A stretch of 63,922 nucleotides of DNA, counting the filler, from Octopus bimaculoides (Eukaryota): assembly GCF_001194135.2 (NCBI RefSeq). It is 7 parts of 7 records of this genome, joined end to end, with 100 filler letters (N's around TTAATTAATTAA, not from the genome) between each part and the next. Parts side by side here need not be neighbours in the genome. Positions count along the whole stretch, not along the records: positions 1 to 20,264 come from NC_068988.1; 6 more parts are not named here. One strand, 5' to 3'. A program made the translations under genes and the position numbers. The notes beneath the pieces are model-generated. The model was not told where the DNA came from and searched no databases. It worked only from the letters and a program-made list of their open reading frames with translations. Positions 1 through 12,943 of the stretch are shown in pieces (within the stretch, counting starts at the first letter, position 1; every line of letters begins with the position of its first letter).

Positions 1-20
1 ACACACACACACACACATAC

Positions 21-68
<48 letters not shown>
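1..68. repeat. (CA)n/(TA)n compound microsatellite
   Basis: Directly visible dinucleotide runs. Confidence 0.95.
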
Positions 69-72
<4 letters not shown>

Positions 73-101
73 TATTCGCTATTTTTTTAATTCTATTATT
101 C

Positions 102-290
102 GTTTCAGTCATTAGACTGCAGTCACACTGAGGCACCGCCTTCAATGTTTTAGTCGAACAAATTGACCCTAGTACTTTTTTTAGGCCTGATATTTATTCT
201 ATTGGAGTCTCATTGATGAACCTCTAAATGACAGGGACTTACATTAAACAATACCGGTTGTAAAGCGGTAAGGGAAAAACATAAAAACAC
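102..290 (-). mobile_element. SINE family A (CORE-like, tRNA-derived), 3' half
   Basis: Reverse complement of the 3' module seen at 13040-13205 and 39130-39292 (gtttcagtcattagactgc...gcaccgcc...gtcgaacaaattgacc). Confidence 0.75.
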
Positions 291-348
291 TCACATAGAT
301 GTATACATACGTTCATTTATATACATACATACGCACGTATATATATGA

Positions 349-715
349 TACCCAAATGATATAGGTATCATCTTTAAAATTCATCCGAGGCTTGGCCCTT
401 GTGCCATCCGTTCACTACAGAAATCATGAACGTATCGTATCACAACACTATGACAGAACTATTTCACCTCAACTGGCCATGTTTTCTTCAATATCGTGCC
501 AGCCTACATAAAGGAAGAAAGTGATTTCACAGCATTAAAACGGTCCCTAGATGATTACATCCAAGAAATACCAGACAAACCAACCACACCCGGATATGTC
601 TCTGAAAGCAATAACTCTCTGCTCGAACGGGCTATGGTACCCAAGAGCTGACAGTTTATTTCTTTCAAGTGGTGCTACTAAATTAGACATGGCCTAGGAC
701 AACTTCGGCTGAAAC
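349..715 (+). mobile_element. 3' end of a decayed APE-type LINE (CR1/L2-group-like), ORF2 C-terminus plus short 3' UTR
   Basis: Frame +1 349-651 reads YPNDIGIIFKIHPRLG...FFNIVPAYIKEESDFTALKRSLDDYIQEIPDKPTTPGY...NNSLLE with 2 internal stops. It resembles the LINE C-terminal pattern FN.LP...FK..LD.YL..IPD.P..PGY. Clade assignment is from memory and unverified. Confidence 0.6.
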
Positions 716-735
716 TTATCTGAGTAATATATATA

Positions 736-857
736 CGACTGACTTCTGTTTCTGTCTACCAAATCTACTCACAAGGCTATATTCGGCCCGGGGCTTTAAG
801 AGAAGATACTTACCCAAGGTGCTATTCAGTGACTTCTTACCACACAGCCATCCCTTG
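736..857 (-). mobile_element. SINE family A, 5' head fragment
   Basis: Reverse complement of ggctgtgtggtaagaag...ccttgggtaagtatcttct...gccttgtgagtagatttggtagac. Confidence 0.7.
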
Positions 858-873
858 CATTTACCATGTGTGT

Positions 874-910
<37 letters not shown>

Positions 911-1817
911 TGTGTGTGTAAGATGCATTTACCAGAAAGCTTTGAAGACAAGACCGGCTTCCATCTATTTTATCGGTTTGATTGATATTAATGGATCTAT
1001 TTTTTAGAAAGAGTTTTGTCCACGAATTGCATGAGTAATCTCGATAAATCGAAGTTTTGCAATTGTCTGTATCACATATGGGAGACTCTATCACATGTAT
1101 ATCTGTATTTATAAATCAAATTTTGTCCACCTTTACATTTACCTATCGGCGTTTGTAAGTAAAGAGTATGTTCATACACACATATATGCACACATGTATA
1201 AACGTTGTTAGTCAAAACGATAGATAGATAGATAGATAAATAGAGAGATAGAGAGATAGAGAGATAGAGAGATAGAGAGATAGATAGATAGATACATGCA
1301 GGCATACATGCATACATACATACATACATACATACATATGCATCAGACTCTGTAAATATGTTTGTGTGTATATGTGCGTGTGCATGTATATGTGTGTTTG
1401 TTTTGTTTGTGCGTGTTCGAGATTGCCGAGAGGGTAAGGTAGTTGATAAGTATATTACTACCTGCTTACGCGACATGAGTTCATATTGACTGCAGAGGTT
1501 CGTTTTCGTTCGTTGTATTTGTATGTAAGGCATAGCACTTAATTTTACATGCTTCAGTTGACTAGCGATCTTCTGGGAGATGATTGCTTACTATAGACTG
1601 AAGATTTATCTGCCGTCCACCTTAGCGCTACTGACTCCCTCATCCAAGCACTGACTTTATGACCCCTGTGTAACACGGAGATATTTATTATTATCATAGA
1701 ATCATAAATACTGGTCTGTGGAAACGGTTGGCCTCTTTCTCACTCGCAATAGCTTCTTCTTACGTTGAGAAAAAAATATTTAACAACAAAAACAAAATAG
1801 AATAAGACATTTCACCA

Positions 1818-2019
1818 GGCATAGATGTGTGTTCAGAAGTTTACTTCTCAATCACATGCTTCCGGGTTCACCCCCACTGCGTGGCACCTTAGGCAAGTGT
1901 GTTCTGCTATTGTCCTTGGCCAACCAAGGCCTTGTGAATGGAAAAAGAATCCAGTCGTGTGTGTATGTGTATATATACCAGCATGACCGCAGCCACTTGG
2001 CTGAAACACATAAATAAAT
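1818..2019 (+). mobile_element. SINE family A, internally deleted copy
   Basis: tRNA-like head (ttccgggttcacccccactgcgtggcaccttaggcaagtgt), (TG/TA) linker, and 3' end cagcatgaccgcag...ctgaaac. Confidence 0.75.
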
Positions 2020-2029
2020 NNNNNNNNNN

Positions 2030-3338
2030 GTCAAGTATGAAATTTGTAGTAAGGTATATGGTAAGCTTTGACAGCTGCTCAGTTTGCGCCATTATTATAT
2101 TTTGACAATCTTTATTTTTTGTGAGAAAGCTGACACATCTATTTCTTTATTCTAACTCATTTATAAAGTATTTATAAATCGTCTTTTGCTATTTTTGTTT
2201 AGAGATGGATAAGTCGGGAATTCGTAGAGTTTTCAAATTTGAGTTCTTTCTTGGAAATACAGCATCATTGACAACTCGGAATATTAATGGAGTATTTCAT
2301 TTTAATGTTATTACACAGCAGACAGTATCAAATTGGATTGCAAAATTTCGTTCTGACAACTTTGACCTCACAAATGAGCAACGCGGTCGACCCAGAAACA
2401 AGAGTGGATAATGACGAACTGAAAGCCACCGTCGAGTCATATCCATCTCAAAGTGCCCGTGAATTATTGTTGTTGTTTTGGTGTTAGCAAGCAAATAATA
2501 TTGACTCACCTAGCTCAAATCGGTAAAGTGAAGAAGTTGGATAAGTGGGTTCCACATGAGCTCAATGAAAATCAGAAACAGCAACGTTTGGAAGCCTGTA
2601 TTATGCTACTTTCTCATCACGAAAATGAAGCATATTTGAATCGAATTGTAACATGTGATGAGAAATGGATCCAATACAACAACTGTAAACGTTTAGCACA
2701 ATGGTTGGACAGAGACTAACCACCAAAACACAGTCCAAAAAGCAAAATTCATCAAAAGAAGTTGATGGTGTGTGTTTGGTGAACTGGCGCAGGTGTGATC
2801 CATTATGACTTCATTAAACCTGGCTCATCAATCACGACCGAAGTATACTACAGCCAACTGGACCATATGATGCAGAACTTACCAAAAAAACAGCCTAGAT
2901 TAGTCAACAGATCCACTCCTAATTTTATTGCAAGACAACGCCAGACCACACATCACAAAAATGACATTGGCGAAACTACAGGAGTTGGAGGTGGAATTTC
3001 TCCATCATCCACGATACTCAACTGATCTTGACCCCACTACCACTTCTTCCCTCACCTGATCTTGACCCCACTGACTACCACTTCTTCCAGAATTTGGATA
3101 ACTTTTTGATAGGAAAAACAATTAAATTTGACAATGCTGTAAAACAGGCCTTCCAAGATTTTATTGATGCTAGACTGCTAGGCTTTTACAGTTCCAGGCT
3201 GTACAAGTTACTGCTGAAATGGCAAAAGTGTATTGACAATATGGGTGCATACTTTGATGAATAAAACTATTCCTTGTATTTATAAAAAATTAGAAAACTT
3301 TTGTTCCTTTTCTACAAATTTCATACTTGACGACCTAA
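2030..3338 (+). mobile_element. Mariner (DD34D, Hsmar1/SETMAR-like) transposon, near full length, transposase pseudogenised
   Basis: TIR gtcaagtatgaaatttgtag (2030-2049, rest in gap) matches the reverse complement of 3312-3331. Right TIR ends ...gacctaa followed by TA (3339-40). Transposase 2205-3264 has WVPHEL, TCDEKW, QDNARPH-like and PDLDPTDY motifs, broken by stops and frameshifts. Confidence 0.95.
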
Positions 3339-3481
3339 TAGTAGGTAAAGCAAAATAACGGAATTTGTGTTTGGGTAAGCGATTTCACCTCTGTAGATCG
3401 GGTGACATTTTGTGGGTGAGAGTGCGGTCTAGGATATTTGTATAAATGTCACTCCAATGCCATGTAACTATATCATCGATA

Positions 3482-3485
<4 letters not shown>

Positions 3486-3575
<90 letters not shown>
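3486..3575. repeat. (TG)n microsatellite
   Basis: About 45 perfect TG units. Confidence 0.97.
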
Positions 3576-3578
<3 letters not shown>

Positions 3579-3734
3579 GACTTAGTTATGCCTTTATACA
3601 GTGTAAATGTCATGACATACGATGTGCCCTATTTATGGCCTCTCATACGGCAACATATTTCTGACGCTAAATCTAATTAGATTAGATCACAAATGTTAAA
3701 CATCACTGAGAATACATTGACGGTGCGAGGTTAC

Positions 3735-3935
3735 TTTTATGTGGTTGCTTAAACTGCTAGAAATGGCAACTAAAACTCTTTCGGATTACATTCTGTGGTC
3801 TTAAATTGGGAAAAGCCATAATGGGTAATTTAATAGTACAAATCCCTAAAGTACAAGATGGTCGTGGCTGGAACATCTTTAATCATAGATCAACAAGATC
3901 AGAGTTGAGCTGGACTTGACAACAATAACAACAGA
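3735..3935 (+). mobile_element. Interspersed repeat family C (SINE-like, (AAC)n tail)
   Basis: Similar to 5360-5640, 30140-30290, 40345-40500 and 41062-41200 (gctagaaatrgcagccaaa; gatggtc...ggaa...tttgatcatag...gacctggggctaaacaacaac). Confidence 0.6.
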
Positions 3936-3949
3936 AAAGGCCATCTAGC

Positions 3950-5150
3950 TGAGTAACAAGTCCTTTACCAGCATCTTCCAAACATCTGGTCCACAAACGT
4001 ACTATTTTCTCCCTGTAACTCTTCTAATATCACAACCGTAGTCTCTACTCTTCGGGTCAAACTGCCCTCTTTCTGCCTAAACTCAGAACCACCGATTCAC
4101 TCATCTCACTGCTTCTCTTTACTATATCCTGTCTTGCAAGCCTCACACGAATATTTATTTGAGTAAAGGGGCCATGATTGGACAGAGCATTGTCATCCGT
4201 GTACTACATTTCCGAAATGGGGTGCATTGATGTTTTACACTTCGACAAGAATCAACCTGGTTCTAGGTTCTACAATATTTCGAGAGTTGTGTATATGTTA
4301 CGGTGGACGCTCACTTCGGCGAATGAGGGTTCAGCAAGGCTGAACAACCTACACGATGAATATTATTATTATAGTGAGCATGGTTTGTGCAGAACCAGTT
4401 CCACTCTCTCGTCTTCAAGCGTGTATTGGTCTGGTACAATAAGCATCACAAGCCCAGTAGTAATCAGGATGCACGATACATAAGGAATTACCTTCTTTTA
4501 GATGAGCAGCTAAAGAGCTGAAAAGCTTCATTTGCCGTGGGTCCTTTGGGGTGTCTGTAAGTGACCTTCTTCCGGAGGCAATCTCGTGGCAGGCCAGTTA
4601 ACCCATTGTTGGGACCCTGACAGGTTATATCATTCTGGATCAGAGTAAAACAAGGAACAATAGTGGTTAAGACGTGTTTCCACTCCCCTGAAAAGTCCTG
4701 AAATTCCAGGACCATGGCCCCACTACTGGATGCAGCCTAAAGTCATACCTAGGACATGACATATAAGTCATGGGCAACCTGCGGTCCGCAGGATTTTCCG
4801 AATGGTAACGAAAATTACTTTTAATTTTTTTAAGTAGTACGTCTCGCTTGATGATAAACCATGTTTCATGCGACCCGTTTCTCGAAAACTGTTGTCCTTT
4901 TCTGGTGTACAACTTGAGGCAAACTATGTCTTGTAAGATTGGATAGTCACGGTTAGATTGCATTTGCTGAAAAGTCTACACAACCTACCTTGACCTGGGA
5001 ACTAAACAACAACAACAACAACAAATGGGAATTGCCTATATGATATAGTAGCCTCGATATATCACTCACTTTTTGAAAGTACGAAATGCTTTCTTCTGTA
5101 CAGCTGGATTTACTGTGCAGAGCGTCTGTCAATACCAAATGGTTTGATCG
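3950..5150 (-). mobile_element. Highly decayed RTE (BovB-like) LINE RT region
   Basis: Minus-strand pieces appear in the expected order: FSSQVKVGCVD (~GVKQGCVL), YVSCIL..LLWACDA (~Y.ACVLSTLLYGCETW), HFGNVV.MDN (~W.GHV.RM.D). Many stops and frameshifts. Confidence 0.5.
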
Positions 5151-5644
5151 ATAATTACAATATAATGGAGTGTGGATAATAATGGAAGCCAGTTTGACAA
5201 TTTGTAAGCTTCTGTGCGTCTTAAGTAGTTGCAGAAAATGTAAAAACCAACCTTAGACATTCATAAGTGGAAAATCCTAGATTCCATTCGATTTAATTAT
5301 AAAATTGTCCTTTTGTGATTGCAAAAGGAAAACTGGAGGACGAACCAACAAAGAAGCCTCAACCCGCTAGAAATAGCAGCCGAATATCTCCCAGTAGAAA
5401 TGGACATCGGATAATGTGGAATGGACATTGGATAATGCATTTTAAAGACTAGATGATCGTGATTATATTGTTTTTGATCATTAATCTAGGCTATTCAAGA
5501 AAGACTTAAGGCTAAATAACACCACCAACTCTTAGATATTTGTATATCCTTCAAGACACATGCCTTAAAAGACGAGATGGCCTATCATCATAGGTATACT
5601 CAGCCAGGGTTGACCTGGGGCTAAAAATAGCAGCAACGGATACT

Positions 5645-5835
5645 TTAATCATATAATGATGTGAATAAAATAATGAATGAAACTAGTTTCTTTTCCTTCT
5701 TCTTCTCCTCCCCTCCTCCTTCTGCTTCTCCTTTTCCTCCTCCTTCTCTTCCTCCGTCTCCTTCTTCTTCTCCTCCTCCGCCCCTCCCCCTCTTTCTCCT
5801 CCTCCCCTCCTCCTCCTCCTTCTTCTTCTTCGCCA
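5645..5835. repeat. (CTT)/(CCT) polypyrimidine low-complexity tract
   Basis: Directly visible. Confidence 0.9.
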
Positions 5836-6189
5836 ATTTACAGCGAATTCTTCTGTAAAGACGTAAACAGCTTATTCAACAAAATCGGAGAGCTTTCATA
5901 TGCAGTAAGGAATACAGGAAGTAGACGCCATACAAATAATGTGTATGAGCTAAAAAGAAAATTCTGACAAAAAGCGTTTATCAACGGAGAGGATTGTCCT
6001 TTCTCAAACGTTTCTAACAATTGACTCACAGTAAATATCTATGTCATGTATGGTTCGCAGATGTGTCACAATTTATCCAGGAAATTTGGAAAATATAAGT
6101 TTTGGTGCATGCCATTGCTACACGTATATTCTTTTTTTACATCAAGGAACAGTGCATGTGTCCCTTTCTATTTTAAAAATATATGTATG

Positions 6190-6370
6190 TGCATAATAAT
6201 TCGGATGCGTTTTTTCTCTCCATTTTTTTCACTCTTAATCTCATTCCTTTCTCTAGAAGAGCGCAGGCTCGAAACATTAAACATTTCTTCCATTTTTCCT
6301 GTACGTTAAACTAATACACCCAGTGCATTGTTCTTCCGCTTGTCTTTGGTGTTTTGAGTCTTTTTTTTTT
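6190..6370 (+). mobile_element. Penelope-like terminal relic, hammerhead family B (degenerate copy)
   Basis: Homologous to 13720-13895. It reads cttt-CTCTAGA-A-GAGC-gcag-GCTC-GAAAC-ATT-aaac at 6247-6282, with stem II intact. Confidence 0.65.
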
Positions 6371-6397
6371 GTATATTTTTGCACCATATATATTTGT

Positions 6398-6433
<36 letters not shown>

Positions 6434-6642
6434 GTACGTATACATACTAATATATATATATATATAGGCATACATACATAAACATACAAATGCATACACA
6501 CACACACACACACATATATACAAAAACATACGTACACACACACACACATATCTATACAGGCACATCTGTACATACATGTGTGTATGTGTGTGCGCGTGCG
6601 TGTGTCTGAGTGCGCGTTTTTGTGCGTTTGTGTGTGTGTGCA

Positions 6643-6675
<33 letters not shown>

Positions 6676-6834
6676 AAGGATGGCCAAAAAGCTGTGCATA
6701 AATTTACTTAATTAAAGTTTTATATGATTAATATTCAGTAGGATTTTTCAACTTGCAGCCAGAAAAATAGTGTTATCAGCTACTTGAAGTTTTATATAGC
6801 ATCCATGATAGAGAGTGTCTGGGTCGGCGAGAAC

Positions 6835-6904
6835 TTGTAGTTATCAACAAATTTAGTTGCCTTCAGAAGATCTCACAGCAACTAAATTTGTTGATAACTA
6901 ACAA
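6835..6904. repeat. Perfect 23-bp inverted repeat hairpin
   Basis: tagttatcaacaaatttagttgc (6838-6860) and gcaactaaatttgttgataacta (6878-6900), with a 17-nt spacer. Confidence 0.9.
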
Positions 6905-7710
6905 TTCTTGCCAACCTTGACACCATGGACCAAAGTCCGTTTGTAGATTACAGTGATGACATACCAATGCCCGAAAATGTTGCTTCTTTTTNNNNNNNNN
7001 NNNNNNNNNNNNNNNNNNNNNNNNNNNNNNNNNNNNNNNNNNNNNNNNNNNNNNNNNNNNNNNNNNNNNNNNNNNNNNNNNNNNNNNNNNNNNNNNNNNN
7101 NNNNNNNNNNNNNNNNNNNNNNNNNNNNNNNNNNNNNNNNNNNNNNNNNNNNNNNNNNNNNNNNNNNNNNNNNNNNNNNNNNNNNNNNNNNNNNNNNNNN
7201 NNNNNNNNNNNNNNNNNNNNNNNNNNNNNNNNNNNNNNNNNNNNNNNNNNNNNNNNNNNNNNNNNNNNNNNNNNNNNNNNNNNNNNNNNNNNNNNNNNNN
7301 NNNNNNNNNNNNNNNNNNNNNNNNNNNNNNNNNNNNNNNNNNNNNNNNNNNNNNNNNNNNNNNNNNNNNNNNNNNNNNNNNNNNNNNNNNNNNNNNNNNN
7401 NNNNNNNNNNNNNNNNNNNNNNNNNNNNNNNNNNNNNNNNNNNNNNNNNNNNNNNNNNNNNNNNNNNNNNNNNNNNNNNNNNNNNNNNNNNNNNNNNNNN
7501 NNNNNNNNNNNNNNNNNNNNNNNNNNNNNNNNNNNNNNNNNNNNNNNNNNNNNNNNNNNNNNNNNNNNNNNNNNNNNNNNNNNNNNNNNNNNNNNNNNNN
7601 NNNNNNNNNNNNNNNNNNNNNNNNNNNNNNNNNNNNNNNNNNNNNNNNNNNNNNNNNNNNNNNNNNNNNNNNNNNNNNNNNNNNNNNNNNNNNNNNNNNN
7701 TATATATATA

Positions 7711-8638
7711 TAGGCTCAGCAAGTTCAACAGACCCAGGAAGTTCATGAGGTCAATTGCAAAAAATCTCCATGTGTCAGAAGGATCAGTCAGAAATGTTAT
7801 CCACGAAGACAGATGTAAGTCTTGTATGATGAGGAAAGGTTAATTTGTCCGAAAAATCAAAAGAAAATCACTACATCGGATCTAAAAGGCTCTTAAACAA
7901 ACTGAAAAATCCAGCTGAAGAAGATTCGATTTGGTTTTTCTCAAACGAGAACTTCGACCGAGATCAAAAAGTTAACAGAAGAAATGACAGACAGTTACGT
8001 GCAGACCCTTCTCAAGTTCCAAGTGTTATGTATACAAAATTTCCTGCAACTGTCATGGTTTTAGGTGTTGTCAGCAACGAACGGCATGTGATGCCTCCTT
8101 ACTTCTTTTCACAAGGCCTAACGTTAACTCTTCCGCCTACATTGAGGTCCTATGAATAATTGTTAAGCTCTGGATAGGCAGTGTATGCAATGGAAGGCCA
8201 TATGTGTTTCAGTAAGTCTCTGTACTATCACACATGGCTCTAGTAACACAGGAATGGATGGCTAAAATCTTCATGATCACATAAACCCTAACATTTGGCC
8301 TCCTTATTCCCCAGATCTCAATCCATTGGACAATTACATGTGGAGCATTGTTGAGAGAGAGGTCATTGAATACGCCCAGAACACCAAAGATACTATGAAA
8401 GCTGCCATAGTCAGAGTAAAGTCTGAAATGAACCAGGACCACTTGATTCGAGCATGTAGATTATTTAGATCTCATATAGAAGCAGTTGTTGAAGCTAAAG
8501 GTGGCTTTATTGAATAACATTATAGAAAAGATTTATTTTTATCCTCATAGCATTTTTTCATAAATAAAGTTATTATCTGCTATTAAATATCTGTTTTTTA
8601 TAAAGATAAATCTATCCTCAAATATTTTACGCACCCTG
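7711..8638 (+). mobile_element. maT/DD37D (Bmmar1-like) Tc1/mariner transposon, 3' part, pseudogenised
   Basis: WFFSNE(~SDE), KFPATVMVLGVVS, WPP.SPDLNPLDNYMW and EAKGGFIE* (stop at 8517). Right end ...ttttacgcaccctg at 8638. Left end is lost in the gap. Confidence 0.88.
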
Positions 8639-9379
8639 TGTGTGTATATGCATCATATATATNNNNNNNNNNNNNNNNNNNNNNNNNNNNNNNNNNNNNN
8701 NNNNNNNNNNNNNNNNNNNNNNNNNNNNNNNNNNNNNNNNNNNNNNNNNNNNNNNNNNNNNNNNNNNNNNNNNNNNNNNNNNNNNNNNNNNNNNNNNNNN
8801 NNNNNNNNNNNNNNNNNNNNNNNNNNNNNNNNNNNNNNNNNNNNNNNNNNNNNNNNNNNNNNNNNNNNNNNNNNNNNNNNNNNNNNNNNNNNNNNNNNNN
8901 NNNNNNNNNNNNNNNNNNNNNNNNNNNNNNNNNNNNNNNNNNNNNNNNNNNNNNNNNNNNNNNNNNNNNNNNNNNNNNNNNNNNNNNNNNNNNNNNNNNN
9001 NNNNNNNNNNNNNNNNNNNNNNNNNNNNNNNNNNNNNNNNNNNNNNNNNNNNNNNNNNNNNNNNNNNNNNNNNNNNNNNNNNNNNNNNNNNNNNNNNNNN
9101 NNNNNNNNNNNNNNNNNNNNNNNNNNNNNNNNNNNNNNNNNNNNNNNNNNNNNNNNNNNNNNNNNNNNNNNNNNNNNNNNNNNNNNNNNNNNNNNNNNNN
9201 NNNNNNNNNNNNNNNNNNNNNNNNNNNNNNNNNNNNNNNNNNNNNNNNNNNNNNNNNNNNNNNNNNNNNNNNNNNNNNNNNNNNNNNNNNNNNNNNNNNN
9301 NNNNNNNNNNNNNNNNNNNNNNNNNNNNNNNNNNNNNNNNNNNNNNNNNNNNNNNNNNNNNNNNNNNNNNNNNNNNNNA

Positions 9380-9910
9380 GGAGGAGGAGGAGGAGGAGGA
9401 GGGATAATCATCATGATAACAGTGATGATGATGGTGGTGGTGATGGTATTGATGATGAGGAAGTAGACGAGGGGCCCTTAGTGTGAGGCAAATGGTAATC
9501 AATATAATAATGCTGTTATCGATGATGATGATGAGGAGGAGGAGGAGGTGGAGGAGAAGAAGAGGGGCAAATGGAGGAGAGGAAGAGGAGGTGGAGGAGG
9601 AAACCGACGACTACAACGTTTAGAAGAAGAAGAAGAAGAAGAAGAAGAAGAAGAAGAAGAAGAAGAAGAAGAAGAGAGGAGGAGGAGGAGGAGAAGAAGA
9701 AGAAGAAGAAGAAGAAGAAGAAGAAGAAAAGAGGAGAAGAAGAAGAAGAAGAAGAGGAAAAAGAGGAGGAGGAGGAGAAGAAGAAGAAGAAGAAGAAGAA
9801 GAAGAGAAGGAGAAAGAGAAGAAGAAGAAGAAGAAGAAGAAGAAGAAGAAGAAGAAGAAGAAGAAGACGAGTGGAAGAAGAAGATGAAGAAGAAGAAGAA
9901 GAAGAGAGGN
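9380..9910. repeat. (GAA)n/(GGA)n/(GAT)n polypurine microsatellite complex
   Basis: Directly visible. Confidence 0.95.
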
Positions 9911-10154
9911 NNNNNNNNNNNNNNNNNNNNNNNNNNNNNNNNNNNNNNNNNNNNNNNNNNNNNNNNNNNNNNNNNNNNNNNNNNNNNNNNNNNNNNNNNN
10001 NNNNNNNNNNNNNNNNNNNNNNNNNNNNNNNNNNNNNNNNNNNNNNNNNNNNNNNNNNNNNNNNNNNNNNNNNNNNNNNNNNNNNNNNNNNNNNNNNNNN
10101 NNNNNNNNNNNNNNNNNNNNNNNNNNNNNAGGAGGAGGAATAACAACAAGAAGA

Positions 10155-10320
10155 GGCGTGGCTTTGTGGTAAGAAGCTTGCTTCCCAACCACGTGGTTCC
10201 GGGCTCAGTCCCACAGCGTGGCACCTTGGGCAATTGTCTTCTTCTATAGCCTCGGGCCAACCAACGCCTTGTAAGTGGATGTGGTAAACGGTAACTGAAA
10301 GAAGCCCGTCGTTCGTCGTA
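10155..10320 (+). mobile_element. SINE family A, 5' half
   Basis: ggcgtggctttgtggtaagaagcttgcttcccaaccacgtggttccgggctcagtccc plus the CORE-like gtggcaccttgggcaattgtctt. CpGs retained. Confidence 0.85.
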
Positions 10321-10394
10321 TGTGTGTGTAAGCATGCATGAACGTAATCCAGTCTCCCTTTTAGACAACGATAACAACACAATAGAGCAATAAT

Positions 10395-11680
10395 TTCAAC
10401 GACACCAGTCACTTACGCCGGCGCAATGTAAAAACACTGAACGAATGCATGCATAACTGTTTCGTCGCCCTTTGGACATCTTGGACCGGTTCAGCTGTTA
10501 GCGCTTCCGTGCCTGTAGAGCTTACCTCCAAACAGCAAATTCTTCCCCTGTAGCATTGTCAGTTTAAGGACTTTCAAAAGCTGTCTATAATCCCGATCTA
10601 AAGTCCCCTATACTCCCAGAAATGCTCCCATACCATCATCGCCTATGCCCTCAAATAAATCTCTATCGTTCACTTTCCACCCATTTCGTTGCCCAACTGA
10701 TAGATTGTAGTGAGCACCTGGCAACATTCCAGACGCTAAGCAATAAAAGACGAATCTCAAAAACACTGCTCACCGTCTTCATCGTTGCAGTTGTCCAGGA
10801 ATCTCTGTAAGTGCAGCAGCTTCAATGCGCGCCTGTGCACTGTCAGTAACAGCATTCTTAGACGCCGATGGTGAAGATATTGGCAGTAAATGGATTTCCT
10901 AGCCATCGGTACTAGTCTCTGTTACAAGAAGCGAAAGAGCATGCGCTCCTATCAAATCAATTGCATCAGAACGAAGAGCGATAGTCAGGCAATAAAGCAC
11001 ACCACCGAAGCTATGTAGCGTTAGTCACTTCCATCCGATCTTTCAGATTGACACTGGCCATCCTGCTATCCAAGTCTTCTCAGCTTTTCTTGAATCGGAG
11101 TTCCGGTCCAGTCTGGTCCGAACCAGACCCGAACACCTTAACCGGATCCTCAGTTCAGTGCCAGAAGCTGCAGCTGGCTAGCATGGACTTGGCTCTCTCT
11201 GTGTCTTGTTGCAAACTCACCGACTTATACCAGCTGATGCTCAGTTTCGGAATTGTCCGATACTATAATGTGACATTATCTGCGTATGCATATGCAATTA
11301 GAAGTCCCAGATAAAGCACAATGACCATCAAAGTTTCCGATCTCCACAGCAATAATTCCAGCAGTAAAACATACACGAGAAAAGAGAGGGACATCCTTAA
11401 CGATGTAAAACGGTTCCGAAAAATCGCTGTATACGTTGACCATGGGACAAATGCCGTTGTAGAATGTAGCGATCTAGTCTCGGAAAGACGGTACCGAAAA
11501 GCGTTACTGTCATCAGTTCTAGACTGATGCAAATTGATTTGTCCTCTACCGAAGTTAAACCTGTTCCCAACCTGCTTTATAAGGAATTGCATGCGATGGA
11601 GGTTGTACAAGATAAATCTAAAAGGGATTGCGCAAGTTATGATGGTGGCTGAAATGTAGAATGAAAGAACCACTCATCAT
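10395..11680 (-). mobile_element. L1/Tx1-clade LINE ORF2 fragment (RT to CCHC knuckle), decayed
   Basis: FSEPFYI..(QG)CPLS.LVYVLLLELL, AYADNVT (RT YADD motif) and a C-terminal GKLYRHG...RCPKGDETVMHSFVQC zinc knuckle. Confidence 0.8.

Positions 11681-11682
<2 letters not shown>

Positions 11683-11752
<70 letters not shown>
11683..11752. repeat. (CT)n microsatellite
   Basis: Directly visible. Confidence 0.95.
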
Positions 11753-11755
<3 letters not shown>

Positions 11756-12112
11756 TCCTTTGCTAATTACACTGTTTTGAATGCAATATATTTTATTGTA
11801 TTAGCTTTTATTCAATTTTATATGCAACCATTTTAGCTACTGGCTTCCATATATATTTTATATATTTTATATCCGTTCCTTCCAACACCTTTCTCCCATT
11901 TTCCTTCCCTCGTTTTCTTTCAGTGCTTCGCTGTTCTCTCTATCAATCTACCAACCTACCTTTATATTTCTGTTTATTCTCTTTCCTTTTTTCTTTCGAT
12001 TTATGTTTTATTTCTTTCGTTTTCTTTATCCCTATTTTTTATTTATTTTCCCTTATCTTTCCCTATCCTCCCTTTTTCATTTCTTTCTTTCTCATTTTTG
12101 TTATCCTTTCTT

Positions 12113-12187
<75 letters not shown>

Positions 12188-12328
12188 TATCTATTTGTCT
12201 ATCTGTCTATCTCCAGCTCTATCTCTCCTTTCTTCTAGTTACTTTTTTCTCTTTCTATTGGCTATTCGCTTTCTTTTTCTTTCATATTTTGTATATTCAT
12301 TTTCCTCGTCCATTTCCCTTCTTCCCCT

Positions 12329-12364
<36 letters not shown>

Positions 12365-12421
12365 NNNNNNNNNNNNNNNNNNNNNNNNNNNNNNNNNNNN
12401 NNNNNNNNNNNNNNNNNNNNN

Positions 12422-12466
<45 letters not shown>

Positions 12467-12757
12467 CCACTGATGACATTTCGCCTGTTTCTTTAAGTCC
12501 AACATTGTCTATTTATATCCTTTCACTGACATCTTTTTCAGACATCTCTTTTCGTCTTTTCTCTCATTTTCTTATATCGTTTCATATCCTTTCATCTATC
12601 AGTATTTATTTATCATTTATATTTCTCTCATCATTTCTCATCCAATTCTGTCGTTATTTCTTCCTTCCTTTCTCCCCTCGCATTTTTAATCCTTATCTTT
12701 CAATCACTTTCAGTGTTCGTTTTAAAATCTGTTTTACGTGTCATTTATATGTTTGCC

Positions 12758-12910
12758 ATATATGGTTGGCAGGTGAGGCTTGCTTTCCAGCCACATGGTT
12801 CTGGATTCAGTCTCACTGCGTGGCACCTTGGACAGGTGTCTTCTACTACAGCCTCGAGCCGACCAAAGCCTTGTGAATGAATTTGATAGATGGAAACTGA
12901 AAGAAGCCCG

Positions 12911-12943
<33 letters not shown>

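Noticed and set aside
680-715. ggcc...ggct-gaaac stem at LINE 3' end
   Set aside because: There is no CUGANGA core, so it is treated as an ordinary LINE 3' stem-loop.
3023-3090. 34-bp duplication over the mariner SPDLxPxDY motif
   Set aside because: It is a local slippage lesion in a dead transposase with no sign of function.
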